The position numbers and the translations under genes were made by a program. From assembly GCA_051362555.1 (NCBI GenBank), contig CM120642.1, positions 28,148,001-28,212,000 on the forward strand: a stretch of 64,000 nt of DNA, written 5' to 3'. This document shows, one piece after another, positions 1 through 12,697 of the stretch (the first letter of the stretch is position 1; every line of letters begins with the position of its first letter). The notes under the pieces were generated by a model. The model saw nothing but the letters and a program-made list of their open reading frames with translations. It was not told the DNA's origin and ran no database searches. The DNA comes from Lingula anatina. Taxonomy: Eukaryota; Animalia; Brachiopoda.

Positions 1-1114
1 ATGCTGGCACCTAGAGGTGGGGGTCCCCCTCTGATGCATCCTCATATGCAATAATATATTAACATAAGATATAGGTTAGAACACCCTCTTCTAAAAACAC
101 ATACATATTTTTTAACATTTGAAAATTCCTGCCATTTTTAGGACATTGTTTCTCTAAAATAACAGATTGAAAATAGAGTCGATAATTTATAATTTGGTAT
201 AAATGTTATAAAATGGTGCCACAGTTCCGATTATCTTGCTATGGTGAAATCCTACTCCAAATATTGGACATAGTATTATTATAAAATGAACATAGCTTTG
301 GACATAATAATTAAAAATGTTATATTTTTCTTGTTATGTTGAGTTCCACACAGTTTGCATATTCTTAATATTAAAAAAGTATATAAAATTTTTATTCTTT
401 TTTCCTCTGTCAAAATCATTGATAATTTTTAACATGTTGAAGCTGAAAAACGTCATCATCCTATCTGAAATGTTTATTTCAGCCAGATATGCAAAAGGAA
501 AATAGGAAGTTACCTCAGGCTCAAGTTATGTAACAGAAATGTGACCAAATATTATCAGTTCTTAATTCTCATAATTAATCTGTCATTATAAGGTTGATAT
601 TTTGTGTGGAATGTCTAATATTATTTCATTAATTAGCACAATTTGAGCATTCTTGTTTTGTTTCATGTGTTTAAGCTGATCTTATTACTGGTATTTTATC
701 ACTGAAACTGCTGACAAATTAAAGTCTACGCACATTCAGTAATGACTATATTTGTTCCCATTTGATAATTTCAGTGCTGTATAAATACCTTTTCATACGC
801 TTGCACGGTTTCAATAAATATGTTGAGATCACTCGGTCTTCATATAGATCTACCAACTTATACTGAGACTTTAGTAATTTACGTTATAAATATTGCAATT
901 TCCATATATGTCAATAAAAGTAAATTCAAGAAAATTTTATTTGTTTGTTCAATCAGGGAATTCCCTGGTTCAATTCATTGCTACGATAGATGTGACCTGG
1001 AAAACTGAGGCGCAACTGTAGCAATCGGCAGGCTAGCAACGATCACTGCATTGACCGGGGCACGTCTTGCTAAAAAATAAACAAACGTTTTACATGGAGA
1101 CATTACCAAACAAA

Positions 1115-4100
1115 ATGGCGTCCGAGAAGGAAGCGGTAAGTGCGTCGCAAAGCCACTATGTCGGCTTTAAAATATCATTCTGCATGTTAAAATGTTGCTA
1201 GTCAGCCTGAAATATTTACATCAGTTTGCATTATGTGCTGCAAAAATTCTTCAGTTGACGTTTAATCTGATAAAGCTAAAAGCTACCGTCAGTTTGCTGT
1301 GCTACTAACGTTGACGTCTAATCCTTAACTCCGAAAATCACTGCCTCGATATACAGAAAAAAAAAAACGTTGGACTGAGGCTAATTGTCAGCACATACAC
1401 CTGCTTACCATGTAGAGATAAATGTGGACCGTGGAATTGCATGTTTGCTTTTCTTGCTTTGCTTCATTGGGCATGGTTTCAGGTGAAGACAGAGGAAGTT
1501 GTATTGAAAGCCGACAAAGGGGTATGTGGATATTCCCGATACACATGCAATATTAGGCCATCCAAAATAACATGTCTTTGATTTTCAATGTTTTCCTGTA
1601 TTTGATTATGTGGTGACTATTTGGTCAGTGTATCTGCTATTGAAATTACTGCTGGTTAGTTGTTTGAAAATTTGCTTACAGTACTACAAAAGCCTTCCAA
1701 GACTGGATTTTCACGCCAAAAACTCACATTATATTTAACCAATTTTCCCCCCTTTAAGCCTAACAAAAAGTCAGTGAATAGATTGCAAAGCTATTTTGGA
1801 TAGCAGGACACTGATCAAGTCACTATGCACAAAAATGAAATTTGGAAAACCATAAAAAAATCTAAGACTACGTAAGGCCACATTCACAACAGCTGACTAA
1901 CAGATATGGCAAGACACTTAAAAACTTGCTGCATAATTCACTAATAGATACTGAATAGAAAACCCCCCACAGGGATTATACGACAAGCATTTAAGTGGGT
2001 CAGACATATTTGATACAGGGATTTGTTAGTCCGCTGTTGTGAATGTAGCCTTATGTATAAAGGTTTAGGGGGCATGCATACTGCTTATAAATACTGATTA
2101 GACCAGATATAAATACTCTCCTACAACGACCTGGATTAGATTTACACCCCATTTCCATAGCTTAGATCGACCTACTTTAGATCGACCTAACTCCCTGGGG
2201 GTTCACGCTAAATAGCTGTCAGCTGGGCGGACACGAAAGTTAATTATCCCCTTACAGCTTGTAGTAGGCGGGACGGACATTTAAGTCAGATTATCTGAAG
2301 GTAATCTAGTGAGACTCCCCGCGGGGATAGATCGATCTAAAATCTATGGGAATAGAGCCTTAGATTGTGATATGTAGTGTACTCTTAGTATGCTTCATAG
2401 TTACTGTATGTAGAAATTTGTAAAAAAAAAAAAAAAAAAATTAAAAATTAACCACACCCAAGTATATACAGGTTCTCCAACAATACCTATAGAAATGGGC
2501 AAAATTCTGGAAAATGACTTCCCACCTTTTTTCGCCATCAGAGAAAAGTCAGATTTCCTCAAATTGGGAGGAAAATTGAGGAATTTTGTTCAGTCACAAT
2601 TTCTGGTATGTGTTCATACCAAACAGCAATAGTTCATTTTTTAGGACCTACAAAAGCTGTTTCAAATTGTTAGTATTCAATATTTTTAAACAAAGCAATA
2701 GTCCAAAATTATACATTTGCACCTCAGCCTACCAAGAAAACTTGTACACTGTATTAACCCACACTATATTAACATTTTAATTTTATTAAAGTAGAGTAAT
2801 ATATAGATATACTAATTTTTAATGATATTAAATTATATGTTGCTGATTCTAAGTGAAATACTTCTTTGCTGAACCTGAGTGAAATTAGTTACTAGTATCT
2901 GTTTCTCAACTCGCAGATAACAGTGTATGAGCAAGTGTGCATATATGCCAACCATGTGCTTGGAGACAGAAGCTGAGCGTTAAGGAACCCAATTAAAATA
3001 TATAAGATATTTTATGTTGTTAATTGCAATAAGACAAATTGCTAGTAGAGAAATCTCATGTGGTCCTTTAAACATGGTTCCTGAAAGTCAAATAGGAGGA
3101 CAAATTGTGTCTGTGTTTAGGCTTATTGCAGTGCCTAAATAATTCAGGAATTTCCAAAGTTATTTCAAGTCCATAAGAAAATGGCAAAATTTTTGCTCTC
3201 TCTCTCTCTTTTTTTTTTTTTTTAACTGCTTTGGCTAAGCTAATTAAATCATTTGAATCTGTTTTACAACATTGTAATATATTACCCTTTAGCGTATCAG
3301 TTTAACCCTAAAATCTTAAAATAATAATCACTTTTACTGACACAAACCTTTTGACTATTTGTATGGGCAATTTTAGGAGGCTTCTCTTGCTACTGTATCA
3401 GGTCAGATTCAGGTAAGAGAAGATGAGTGACTTAATAGTTTTATGATTTTTTTCTGATTTTTATGATGTGTGAAGTAAAGGAGGGTCAAAATTATATCAG
3501 ATTGCCAAAATATATAAAAGAAAAAAATACTATAAAGAATTTAAGACAAAATAAACATGATATAGAAGGAGAAAGAAGAAAAATGACTGAAAAAATTGTT
3601 TAAACAATTTATGCTTTTGTTAAGAGTTTTTTTTTTCTAAATTCAAGAATGATGCAGTAATCATTTTTAAAGATGTTTCAACAAATATGCATGTATTACA
3701 TACAAGATTACATAATTTTTGACTCTTCTTAGCCTAGCTAGGTTTGTCATTTTTAGAAAACATCAAACTTTATGTTTTCCAATATACAGTCTTGCTATAC
3801 CTGCAGGTCCATGTTGTCACAAGTACAGTTTATTGATCCTGTCATTTCAGTTTGTTTGCAATTATAGCAAAATACCAGTCATATAAGATACTAGTAGATT
3901 TTTTGCCTTTAAATTATTTAAATGTGGTTTTGATCACCTGCAGTTTTATCCAGTGCATTTAAAGTGTTGTGTGTTTATTCTGAGTTCTGTCTAATTTTTA
4001 AATATTAAGAAGTTGCTTTGACTGGAGTAACAATGTTTGTTTTTTTTTGTTCACTTTTTCTTGAGTGTTTTCTTTTTCTGTTATTTTGCACTCTCAGTGT

Positions 4101-5542
4101 TGTCCATCTAATTCATTTGATTTATTGTAACATTATTCTTGATACAGTGTTTTTGGTGTGCATAGCATTATTCTAAGTGCAGTTTAATGTAGGTCCAGGT
4201 GCACTAATTACATGATGGTATGGTAGTAACAGGTTCATTACATACTGAAAGGATTAACTGTAGTTATGTCTAGGTGACCGTAGTAAAACTTTCAAACTTG
4301 TTTCAAAATCTGTGAGGTCTCACTCTAGATTCAATCTACATGGTGATGAAGTTAGCCCTTTGAGTCAGAGTCACCTGTTTGTAATATAATTGAGATGAGT
4401 CTGATGACAAGTTAATAAAAAATTCTGAATGCAGGTGACATTTTAACATAAAAGCATTGTATCAGATTTATTTGCATGGCATGGAAAACATTTTGTAAGT
4501 GGTTGCACGAAAAAGAGGAGAATTTAGACCTCAGAAAATGCTCCAATGCAAATTAGGGTTCAACAATAACTTGAATCTGAACATTGAGACAAAATGTGAT
4601 AAGAATAAAATTTAAAAGTAAAAAAAAAAGATAAAATTTCAAGTGATGTAATATCCCAGTGACATGTGTATCTTTTGTTTGACTAAAAAGAAATTAATGT
4701 CAAGACTAAGTTGACCACACCCACAGATTGTTTGGTCAAAGTGCTCTCTCTCTGTGATAATATTGTGTTGAAGCTATATGAAAGGTTTAAAGATATAACT
4801 TGAAAACACGTGTTTGAATAATGGTTTAAGATATATGCATGCCTTTCGTTTGTGACCTGCTTAATATATTCGTATGCCAGCTGGGTAGCTGGTTGATTGC
4901 CCTTTCTATACATCTATATTTACCTGCACAATATACAAAATACATATACGGTCTATAATATCTGTATTATTGATGCACACATGGGTCCATTTCTATAGTC
5001 TCTTTCACCTTCAGCAGTAAAGTGATTACTCAGACCATTAATGCAATGTTTAAGCAGTCAGCCCCATTGATTGGTATTTAAATCTCCTTGGACACAGTGC
5101 ACATTCTTACTGGTCACACCTTTGTACACACTTTGGCTTAAGATCTACTCGGCTTAACTCAGTCTGGGCTGTTTACATGTATATTAGTAACAGCAGCAAC
5201 AAGTTCCATTAAATACTGCCTTATGCTGTGCATTTGTCAACTGTATTGATCATATATGCATACAGAATCATGGCCTGTACACATTTATCTACATTAAAAA
5301 GACATTCGGCCATAATTATCACTGTGGTTTTTTCTTCCTCTGTTCTGAATTTTCACATTAAATATATTGTCTCGGGAGGGTGGGGGGTTGAAAGAACTGC
5401 TTTTTTTGCCAGGAAAAGGTCCACCCTGGGTAAAATTTGAGCATACTAGTACTCGGTACATGGTTTTATGGCATGAGGTCCACTTTTTCAGAAAAAGACT
5501 CATCTCCCCCCTTTTAAAATTGTTGGTTAAGAGCCTGCACGT

Positions 5543-5576
<34 letters not shown>

Positions 5577-6412
5577 CACACATTTCCTCCCAAATACAAG
5601 CATGCAGTTACTAGTGCACGGATGTGTCTACGTTGCATACTAGCACACAGATCTTCATGTGGTACATATACATGGAAATCATTTAGCAATACAAAATCAT
5701 CAGAGGTGAAATATTGATCAGTCCCCTATTATGAATGGCTGATATGCACAGATTTTGTCTTTGATGTTATATTGTGTGATATGAAGCAGGTGCTTGGTTG
5801 TTTAAAGCAGAGGAGATGTGATAAGCAGCTGATGGATTAATAATCAAACATGCTGCCATGATGAGGAGAAAATTGCATTGTATATCACATATCTAATGCT
5901 GTGGCTTTTTTAGTGATTAGATAAGGGATATTTGAGGGAAATGCTGACCTGGGACCTTCTGTGACTCTGTTTTGTGATAACTAGTTCATTACTGTGGCGT
6001 CACACAAAGATCATAATCTGGAGCTGTTATGATGAAATCTTGACTATTAAAAGAAAAACATTTCCACAACTTTGTGTTAAATGACCATAACAATACTATT
6101 ATGTCTGATTCATAGTTCACATTTCTGTCATTTATCATAAGTAATATTTTTCTCTCTTTCTGATTAGATTAGGCATATGTAAGGAAAGGAGTCTTAATAC
6201 TGGGTACAGTAGTTTGGCACTTGAAAGAATACATCTTCAGAAAAATTTACTGAATATGAACTTCTAAATTTCCTTTGTAATCCTGTAAGGTATTTTGTCA
6301 GCATGAGGCATTATAGGTTAAGTCCTTACTTAGCTACCGGTACCAAGAAGACAATAGCTCAGTGTCAGGTGACAGCATTTAGTATGATTGAGTAAGCAGA
6401 ATCTGAGAGGGA

Positions 6413-6450
<38 letters not shown>

Positions 6451-6805
6451 ACACTTGTAGGTGTATACACTTTTCTTATGAATTAGACTAATGTTCACTT
6501 GAAGAAAGATGACAACTTTCAACTGTTAACTGTTAAATTGCTGTTGATAGGAGGCAGAAAGGACAGTTGAGTCCCCACCACCTCCATACAACTATGGCTC
6601 TGGAGCTGCAGCCCCACCCTCCTATGTGGAACAAGGAGACACAATGGGTAATGTCACCATGTACACAGTGTGAAATGTAGTGTTTATGTGTATACAAGAT
6701 CAAGTTATGAACAAAAGAGAGAGAGAGAATAGGAGTAGAAAGTGGTACATAGAAAAGAATTTTTTAAAAAATTCCTTCAGCACCATATGCATAATGAATA
6801 TGAGA

Positions 6806-6840
<35 letters not shown>

Positions 6841-9032
6841 TAATTAAAATATTTCAGATTTTGATAAAATTTTCATTTCAATATGAAAATATTCCCACTC
6901 AAATTTGAGCTTGTTGTAAGCATACAACTTCATGCTAATCACGTATATGAAAGTCTGTCAGCTTTATATTGAATACATAATATTCATGATATTGCTTTGG
7001 CTTTCATTTCAGCTCCTCCTCCTTCATATGATTCTCTTTATGGTAGGGTCAAGTCATTAAAACAGGAGTCTTCAGGATTTGTGGACTTCTTCAAAAAATT
7101 CATAGTCATTCTTTTAGGAACAAGTAAGTTGTTAGATTTCTGTGATTCAGTCTAAATGTGAACATAAATTACAGGTTTGAGATATCAATATAGAATTTTA
7201 TTTTTTGAGTCCATATAGAGATTTAACAACATACATTTAGACTGGTACGATTGTGACACTTCAAAAGAAAATTGATGGTGAATGTGATGAATCAGAATGA
7301 CTTCACTATGTTTTTAATCTCTGAAATATAGAAATTGTCTGGTCTGATCCAAATGTCACTGACTGTACTTTTTTTGGATAGAAAATCACTTAAGAGCAGT
7401 TTTCATCTGAAGAATACTACAGAAAGTATTCTTTAGTAAGAAAGAAACTAAGTATTTCAGTAATTGCTTATGACAGTGATAACATTGTGTAGTAATAATA
7501 ATAATAACAGTAAAACATGTTTATTATTGTATTTTAGTTGGCTGCACCATCTGTATAGGTCTGATTCTTGCTATTCCTATATCAATGATAGCCATGGGTA
7601 AGTCCTTTTGTCCATACAAGATAAATGGGTTAATAGATATATTTTGTTACAAAATTTTAAAGTTGTACATGTTTCACAGATGATATAAGAGAGAATTTTC
7701 TAATTTGATTATTTTGATATTTAAATTATCTTGTATTCCCTCTTCTTTCAGAACTTTGGCCTATTGTGAGATTGCTAATATAAAAGTACTAAAATATGTA
7801 AAGATTCGTTCAGTCTTTTTTCTGCTGCACATGGTGTTTATTACATTAAAGTCTTATACTCATACCTAAATTCATTTGGTATTATCATGAACTCTAATTT
7901 TTATTTTCTCTGAGCATTAACAAAGTTGTCTCCCCCCCCCCCCCCCCCCCCCAATTAATCTAATAATTTGGTATAAATATAAAAAAGATAAGTTTTTTCT
8001 CATTCTTTATTATCATTCAACTTCCAGGATCAGTATACTTGTACCAGTGCCCCATACAAAGGTTCATCCCTATTTATCTCATAGTGGGAGGAGTGTTTGG
8101 TATCATTAAAAATCTCAGCAGCTTTGGACAACGTGCACGCAATCAAAAGGAGGACAAAACCGACGAGAATGCCAAGACAAACCCATTTGATGGTTTGCTT
8201 GGCTGTTTTCTTTGTGCCTGGTTCATAGCAGGTAAGTGACACTTGTTGATAAAAATGACTCTTTTTATATGTTCAGGTTATTTTGAGTTGAAAGTAGTGT
8301 AAGAATACCACACCAACTTATTTAGTAGCCAGTTGGAATGTTTCATTGAGCTCAGTTAGCATATGAAATCTGGTATATGTAATGCGACAGGTGAGGGACA
8401 TTTTTTTTACATGATGCAATTGACATAACAATACAATGTCCCATGAAATTAGAACATGATTGCCAAAACTAAGGTTTTTGGCAATTTGTATTTCTTTGGG
8501 TTCTTTCTTCTCATGAGACAAGGTTTGACAAATGTGACTTGAGAAATGTATATGGTATACATGAAATGACATTGCTTTGTAAAGTCTAACCACTTTGATT
8601 GAAGGTGGCAAGAAGGGGAGGGGGGGGGGGGACGGAACAGAAACATAAAAAAGAGGATATTCCCTCAGCATAAAGTTAAATCTGAACCACTCTCACCAGC
8701 TGCCCCAGACTCTACAATTATAGCATTTAAAATTCATACATGTTCTTTACTAACAAAACAACAATGCTCTGTATCACTGTTTTCCAGGCAATTATTGGAT
8801 CTACAGTGTGCATAGGACTTGGTCACCAAATGAGATGATCCCTGGCCCTGTCAACACTACTGTGACACCAGTCCCCACAGCTGCCATGGTTGCCAATCCC
8901 AACTACTGTCAACCCACTCTGTATCTGTACGCATTCTGGCTCACCACGTCCTCGTACATCCTGGTCGGGTGCATCTGCTTCTTCATGTGCTGCTGCGGCA
9001 TCATTGCTGCTTGCTGTGGTGGCAAGGATTAA
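1115..9032 (+). CDS. TMEM272: TMEM272-like multi-pass membrane protein (258 aa, 7 coding exons) with three N-terminal PPxY motifs
   Basis: Phase-consistent GT-AG exons 1115-1135, 1483-1521, 6551-6647, 7013-7123, 7538-7597, 8028-8231, 8788-9032 (777 nt). Protein MASEKEA-VKTEEVVLKADKG-EAERTVESPPPPYNY...PPSY...PPPSYDSL...AIPISMIAMGSVYLYQCPIQRFIPIYLIVGG...FLCAWFIAGNYWIYS...YCQPTLYLYAFW...CCCGIIAACCGGKD*. The CP..IPIYLIVGG, WFIAGN.W.Y and YC..TLY..AFW motifs match TMEM272. An in-frame upstream ATG lies at 1094. The two tiny 5' exons are less certain. Confidence 0.85.
1876..2050. mobile_element. PIF/Harbinger-type (Tourist-like) MITE
   Basis: TIRs GGCCACATTCACAACAGC...GCTGTTGTGAATGTAGCC flanked by TWA sites (TAA 1873-1875, TTA 2051-2053); lies in intron 2 of the TMEM272-like gene. 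Confidence 0.75.
2148..2362. mobile_element. Diverged MITE of the GGCTCATTCCCA-TIR family
   Basis: Imperfect inverted ends (ccatag..ttagatcga / tcgatctaa..ctatgggaatagagcctta); similar to copies at ~15880-16035 and 39113-39373. Confidence 0.5.
5571..5760. repeat. Dispersed repeat, copy 1 (inverted copy at 15538-15730)
   Basis: catttcctcccaaatac...agatcttcatgtggtaca...ttgatcagtcccctattatgaatggctgatatg is the reverse complement of the block at 15538-15730; both copies abut (CA)n/(GT)n tracts. Confidence 0.8.
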
Positions 9033-10749
9033 TTTGTATTGGTGAGTATGAATTGTGTGTGTGTGTACTGCAGGGAAGAAGTGAGATGCTGCTCTCTTAC
9101 TAACAGGGGGTTGTTTCTGTTGTTTCTGTTCGCTTTGAATTCTCACAATTTGATAATCTTTTTTTGATTTGATTTGGTAAAGATAATAAGCAGATGAAAA
9201 TCAATGTGTTTTTGTTTTCAACAGATGTTTGTTTCTTGTTTTTATTATGATAGATTAATATTGATCTTTCAATTACAAATTAATATCATTGACTTATAAG
9301 ATGCCTTAAAATGTTCTATATTTTAATATTTCAGAATAGGACTTGTCACGTAGACTTATCAAGACATTATGGTGTGGGGTTGCTGTTGTCTAGAATTAGA
9401 ATTGTTTTGGGCTGAAGTCCATTTATATATATATATATTTTCTCATGAGATCTGAATAATGTAAACAACATAGAAGTCAGGGCTAATAATGATGAATTCT
9501 TATATGCATATTCATTAATGTCTCTCAGTCCAATGATGAGTGAACTTATAAAGGTTGGAAGACTAAAATTTTGTATCAGTAAGGACTGAATTCAGGATTA
9601 ACAAAACTAATTAAACATTTTTTATCAAAATTTTCGTTCTCCCTTCGATAAGATATATAATGGAAATAAGAATTATGAGGACTGCATTGTAGAAAGGACC
9701 GTTGCATATTATATTTCTATTTATAAAGGTTTTTAGAATCCCTATTAAAATATTTTTGGGATCCTATTTTAGAGGGATACAGCATATTATTTTATAGGAT
9801 TAGGTTATTATCCATGTTATGTAGGAGTATTTGCATGAAATATCTGGGAGTATATTTTATACAGTTTAAGAATAGAGCAGAAATGTATGATAAAGCCTTT
9901 ATGATTGCTGATATTTTCAGAGATTCAGAATTTTTCATGAATTGTGCTCCAGAATTAAAAACAACATGTTTCATAGGTTCAATATAACCTATGTGTATGT
10001 GTTGGTAAGAAATGAAATATTTTGTATTGTGTATTTGCTGAATATATTTTGACTGAATATACACATTTCTCAAAAGTGATCAGTTTGTTGTGCAAGGCTA
10101 TTTTTTGTATATCATTTTTATTATTTTATTTATCAATTTAATTTTATTATTTTGGTAGTGTTTTTTTTTTTCTGGTCAATCAGTAATTGATTATTTTTGG
10201 CCTTGATTGATCTCTTCTGTGTGAAATCCATTCATCCTTATCAGACATGTTATCATCTTAGAAACTTAAATATATTACATTTAAACTGTAAAAAAAGAAT
10301 AATAGAAAAAATAAGTCAAAGTTAATGATGCACTGCTCCATTAGATAAAGCACTTGCAGGTACATGCCAAAGTAGCTTTTGCCAAAATGTTTTTAAAATG
10401 TCAGTTCTGAAAAAAGTTATATATATTGTGTGTAATGGAAATGTTTTGCAATTGAAATGTTAGGTGTGGAAGTTACATAAAATATCATTAATCATAGTTT
10501 GTTATTTTTCAACCAGTCTTTTGGTTTTTGTTACATGATCATTAAAATATTTACTGATTTTACTTTGACAATATTGTTGCAGTGTTGAATTAACACGTTT
10601 ATTTGTTGTGTTAAGGTAGATTTTGGACTGTGATGTGTATATTTTTTGTTATTCTCGGGTGTGGTTTACGACTTGTGTAAGATTTTCCTCTGTCAATTCA
10701 ATTCTGTTATGTTTATTATCTTTAAATCAACTCAGGAGTGGACTTGTGA

Positions 10750-10789
<40 letters not shown>

Positions 10790-12321
10790 CAAGTACAAGT
10801 TGACTGGTGAAAATGTGGACAGGCATGAGATGCGCGCAAATATCAATAGCTAGGTAATTAATTAGGATGAAGACCATAACAAGGATGAGATGAATAGAAG
10901 ATGGCTATTTCCACTCCTGGTGTATATAGTTCAGGGCACTTACCTTTTTATTTTGGGCGAATTTAGTTTCTTCAGTGTCTGTGTAACCGTGTAATTTGGC
11001 ACATAGAAGGGACAGTAAGGAAATCTGTTTAATCAAGGACCCACCCAGTATTCCTTTGCAATATAAATCTTACATAATGATATTAGATGTTGTGTTGATT
11101 CTTTTATGGAGTTATATAATTATTCACTTTTGAATGAATTTATTTTCATGAAATTTGAAACTTTGGGGCAACTTACACGTAAGCGTTTTTAGTATAGGAA
11201 CCTCTCCTCTAGTTTTCTATAAAGGACTGTCTGGAATGGGGCCCGTGGCAATGGTTGCCTAATTTAGATATTTACTCTTTATTGAATACACTTTATTAAA
11301 TAAACGGATCTTTTCAAAAATTCGTGTATTATCTTCCTGTTATTGGCACGAAATCTATACAATAGAATTGGGGTGTAATGAAAAAATAATTTAGTTACGA
11401 CCTTTCATTAATGGAGGGACACTTATTTGATGTTGGAAAATTTACGACCTTATATATCAATCCTCTATTAGACTCGTATATCATAACTGCGCTATAAATT
11501 TTGAAGCTGTGGAGAACTTATTAAACATGAACGCAAAGCAAATTAATTACAACTGCAGGCAATTTTTTTAATGTGCGCTCGTCGTTGAGTTTCGTATACG
11601 TATAGAATATACCACGTAAACATACTATTGCACCCTGCAAGATATTTTGTTTTGCTCTCTCAGTTCGCAAAAACTACTAAACCAAATGTACTGCCGGGTA
11701 CAAGGTGTCGCAAGAATTACAAAACAAAACTATACGAAAAATATTCCGTTCAACTAGAGTGTTTTTTCAATTTCAGTGCACTGTCATTTACGTAATGAAT
11801 CAGGCATTGTTAAATTTCCTTACTTAGATACGGCATGCACCTTTAAACTTTGCAAAGATAACGACCTTCTATATAATTCCTTGTTTATCTGACTTATCCC
11901 GGATTATCTCCATCGCATTTCGGAAATGTTTTTCGTTTCTTTTCCATACTTTCACCTCTTAATTTACAAGTTTTCATGAGTTGAATGATCGAAATGAAAA
12001 TCGAACTGATTGTTTTGTTCAGCTGTTTCACCGTTAGTAATTAATTCGACTCAAGTCAATGAAAGGGCTAGTGGACAACATAAATTATGCTTTGATAGCT
12101 TGCTTGTTGATTCAGTGAGAGCAGCGTTACCGTAATCATTGCACGATAGCCATTACTATCAAATTGCTGATGATAAATCTCCCCTAGCTAAATAATCTCT
12201 AATCGTATCCTCGTAACTTCTTGCTGTGTTATGAAGTACCGCCTTTCAAAGCCAATTTGGACATTGAATTGTGGATGGGCACAGATGAGACCCAGGAGTG
12301 AAAAGTTTGGGTTTAAATTTC

Positions 12322-12358
<37 letters not shown>

Positions 12359-12697
12359 ACGATCACATCTTATGTACATGGTATGTAATCTGAAACAAAA
12401 AAACCCTGATTAGTCTCGCTTGAATCAGTTCGAAACCAAAGAGCATCTTGCTCGAAATAGGGTCAGATCATTTTCTCCAAATGTAAACCAGACTTCACTG
12501 TAAACACACCATGCAGTTTGTGGACCCAAGGTTTTGGCAAGTGGTCTAACGCATCACTTATGAGAAGATTTTTGATCATGATTGGTACGTTTGGAAACAG
12601 TGCACTGGACCTAAAACGTGTTTAAACCAAATAATGCTTACCTGGAAAACGTTGGCTTTCTGCGTTTTGACAGCAACAATATTGAAGAGTGGTCATA

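Noticed and set aside
5294-5717. Overlapping 131-aa and 116-aa ORFs
   Set aside because: They span a (CA)n tract and a dispersed repeat inside an intron, with no recognisable protein motif.
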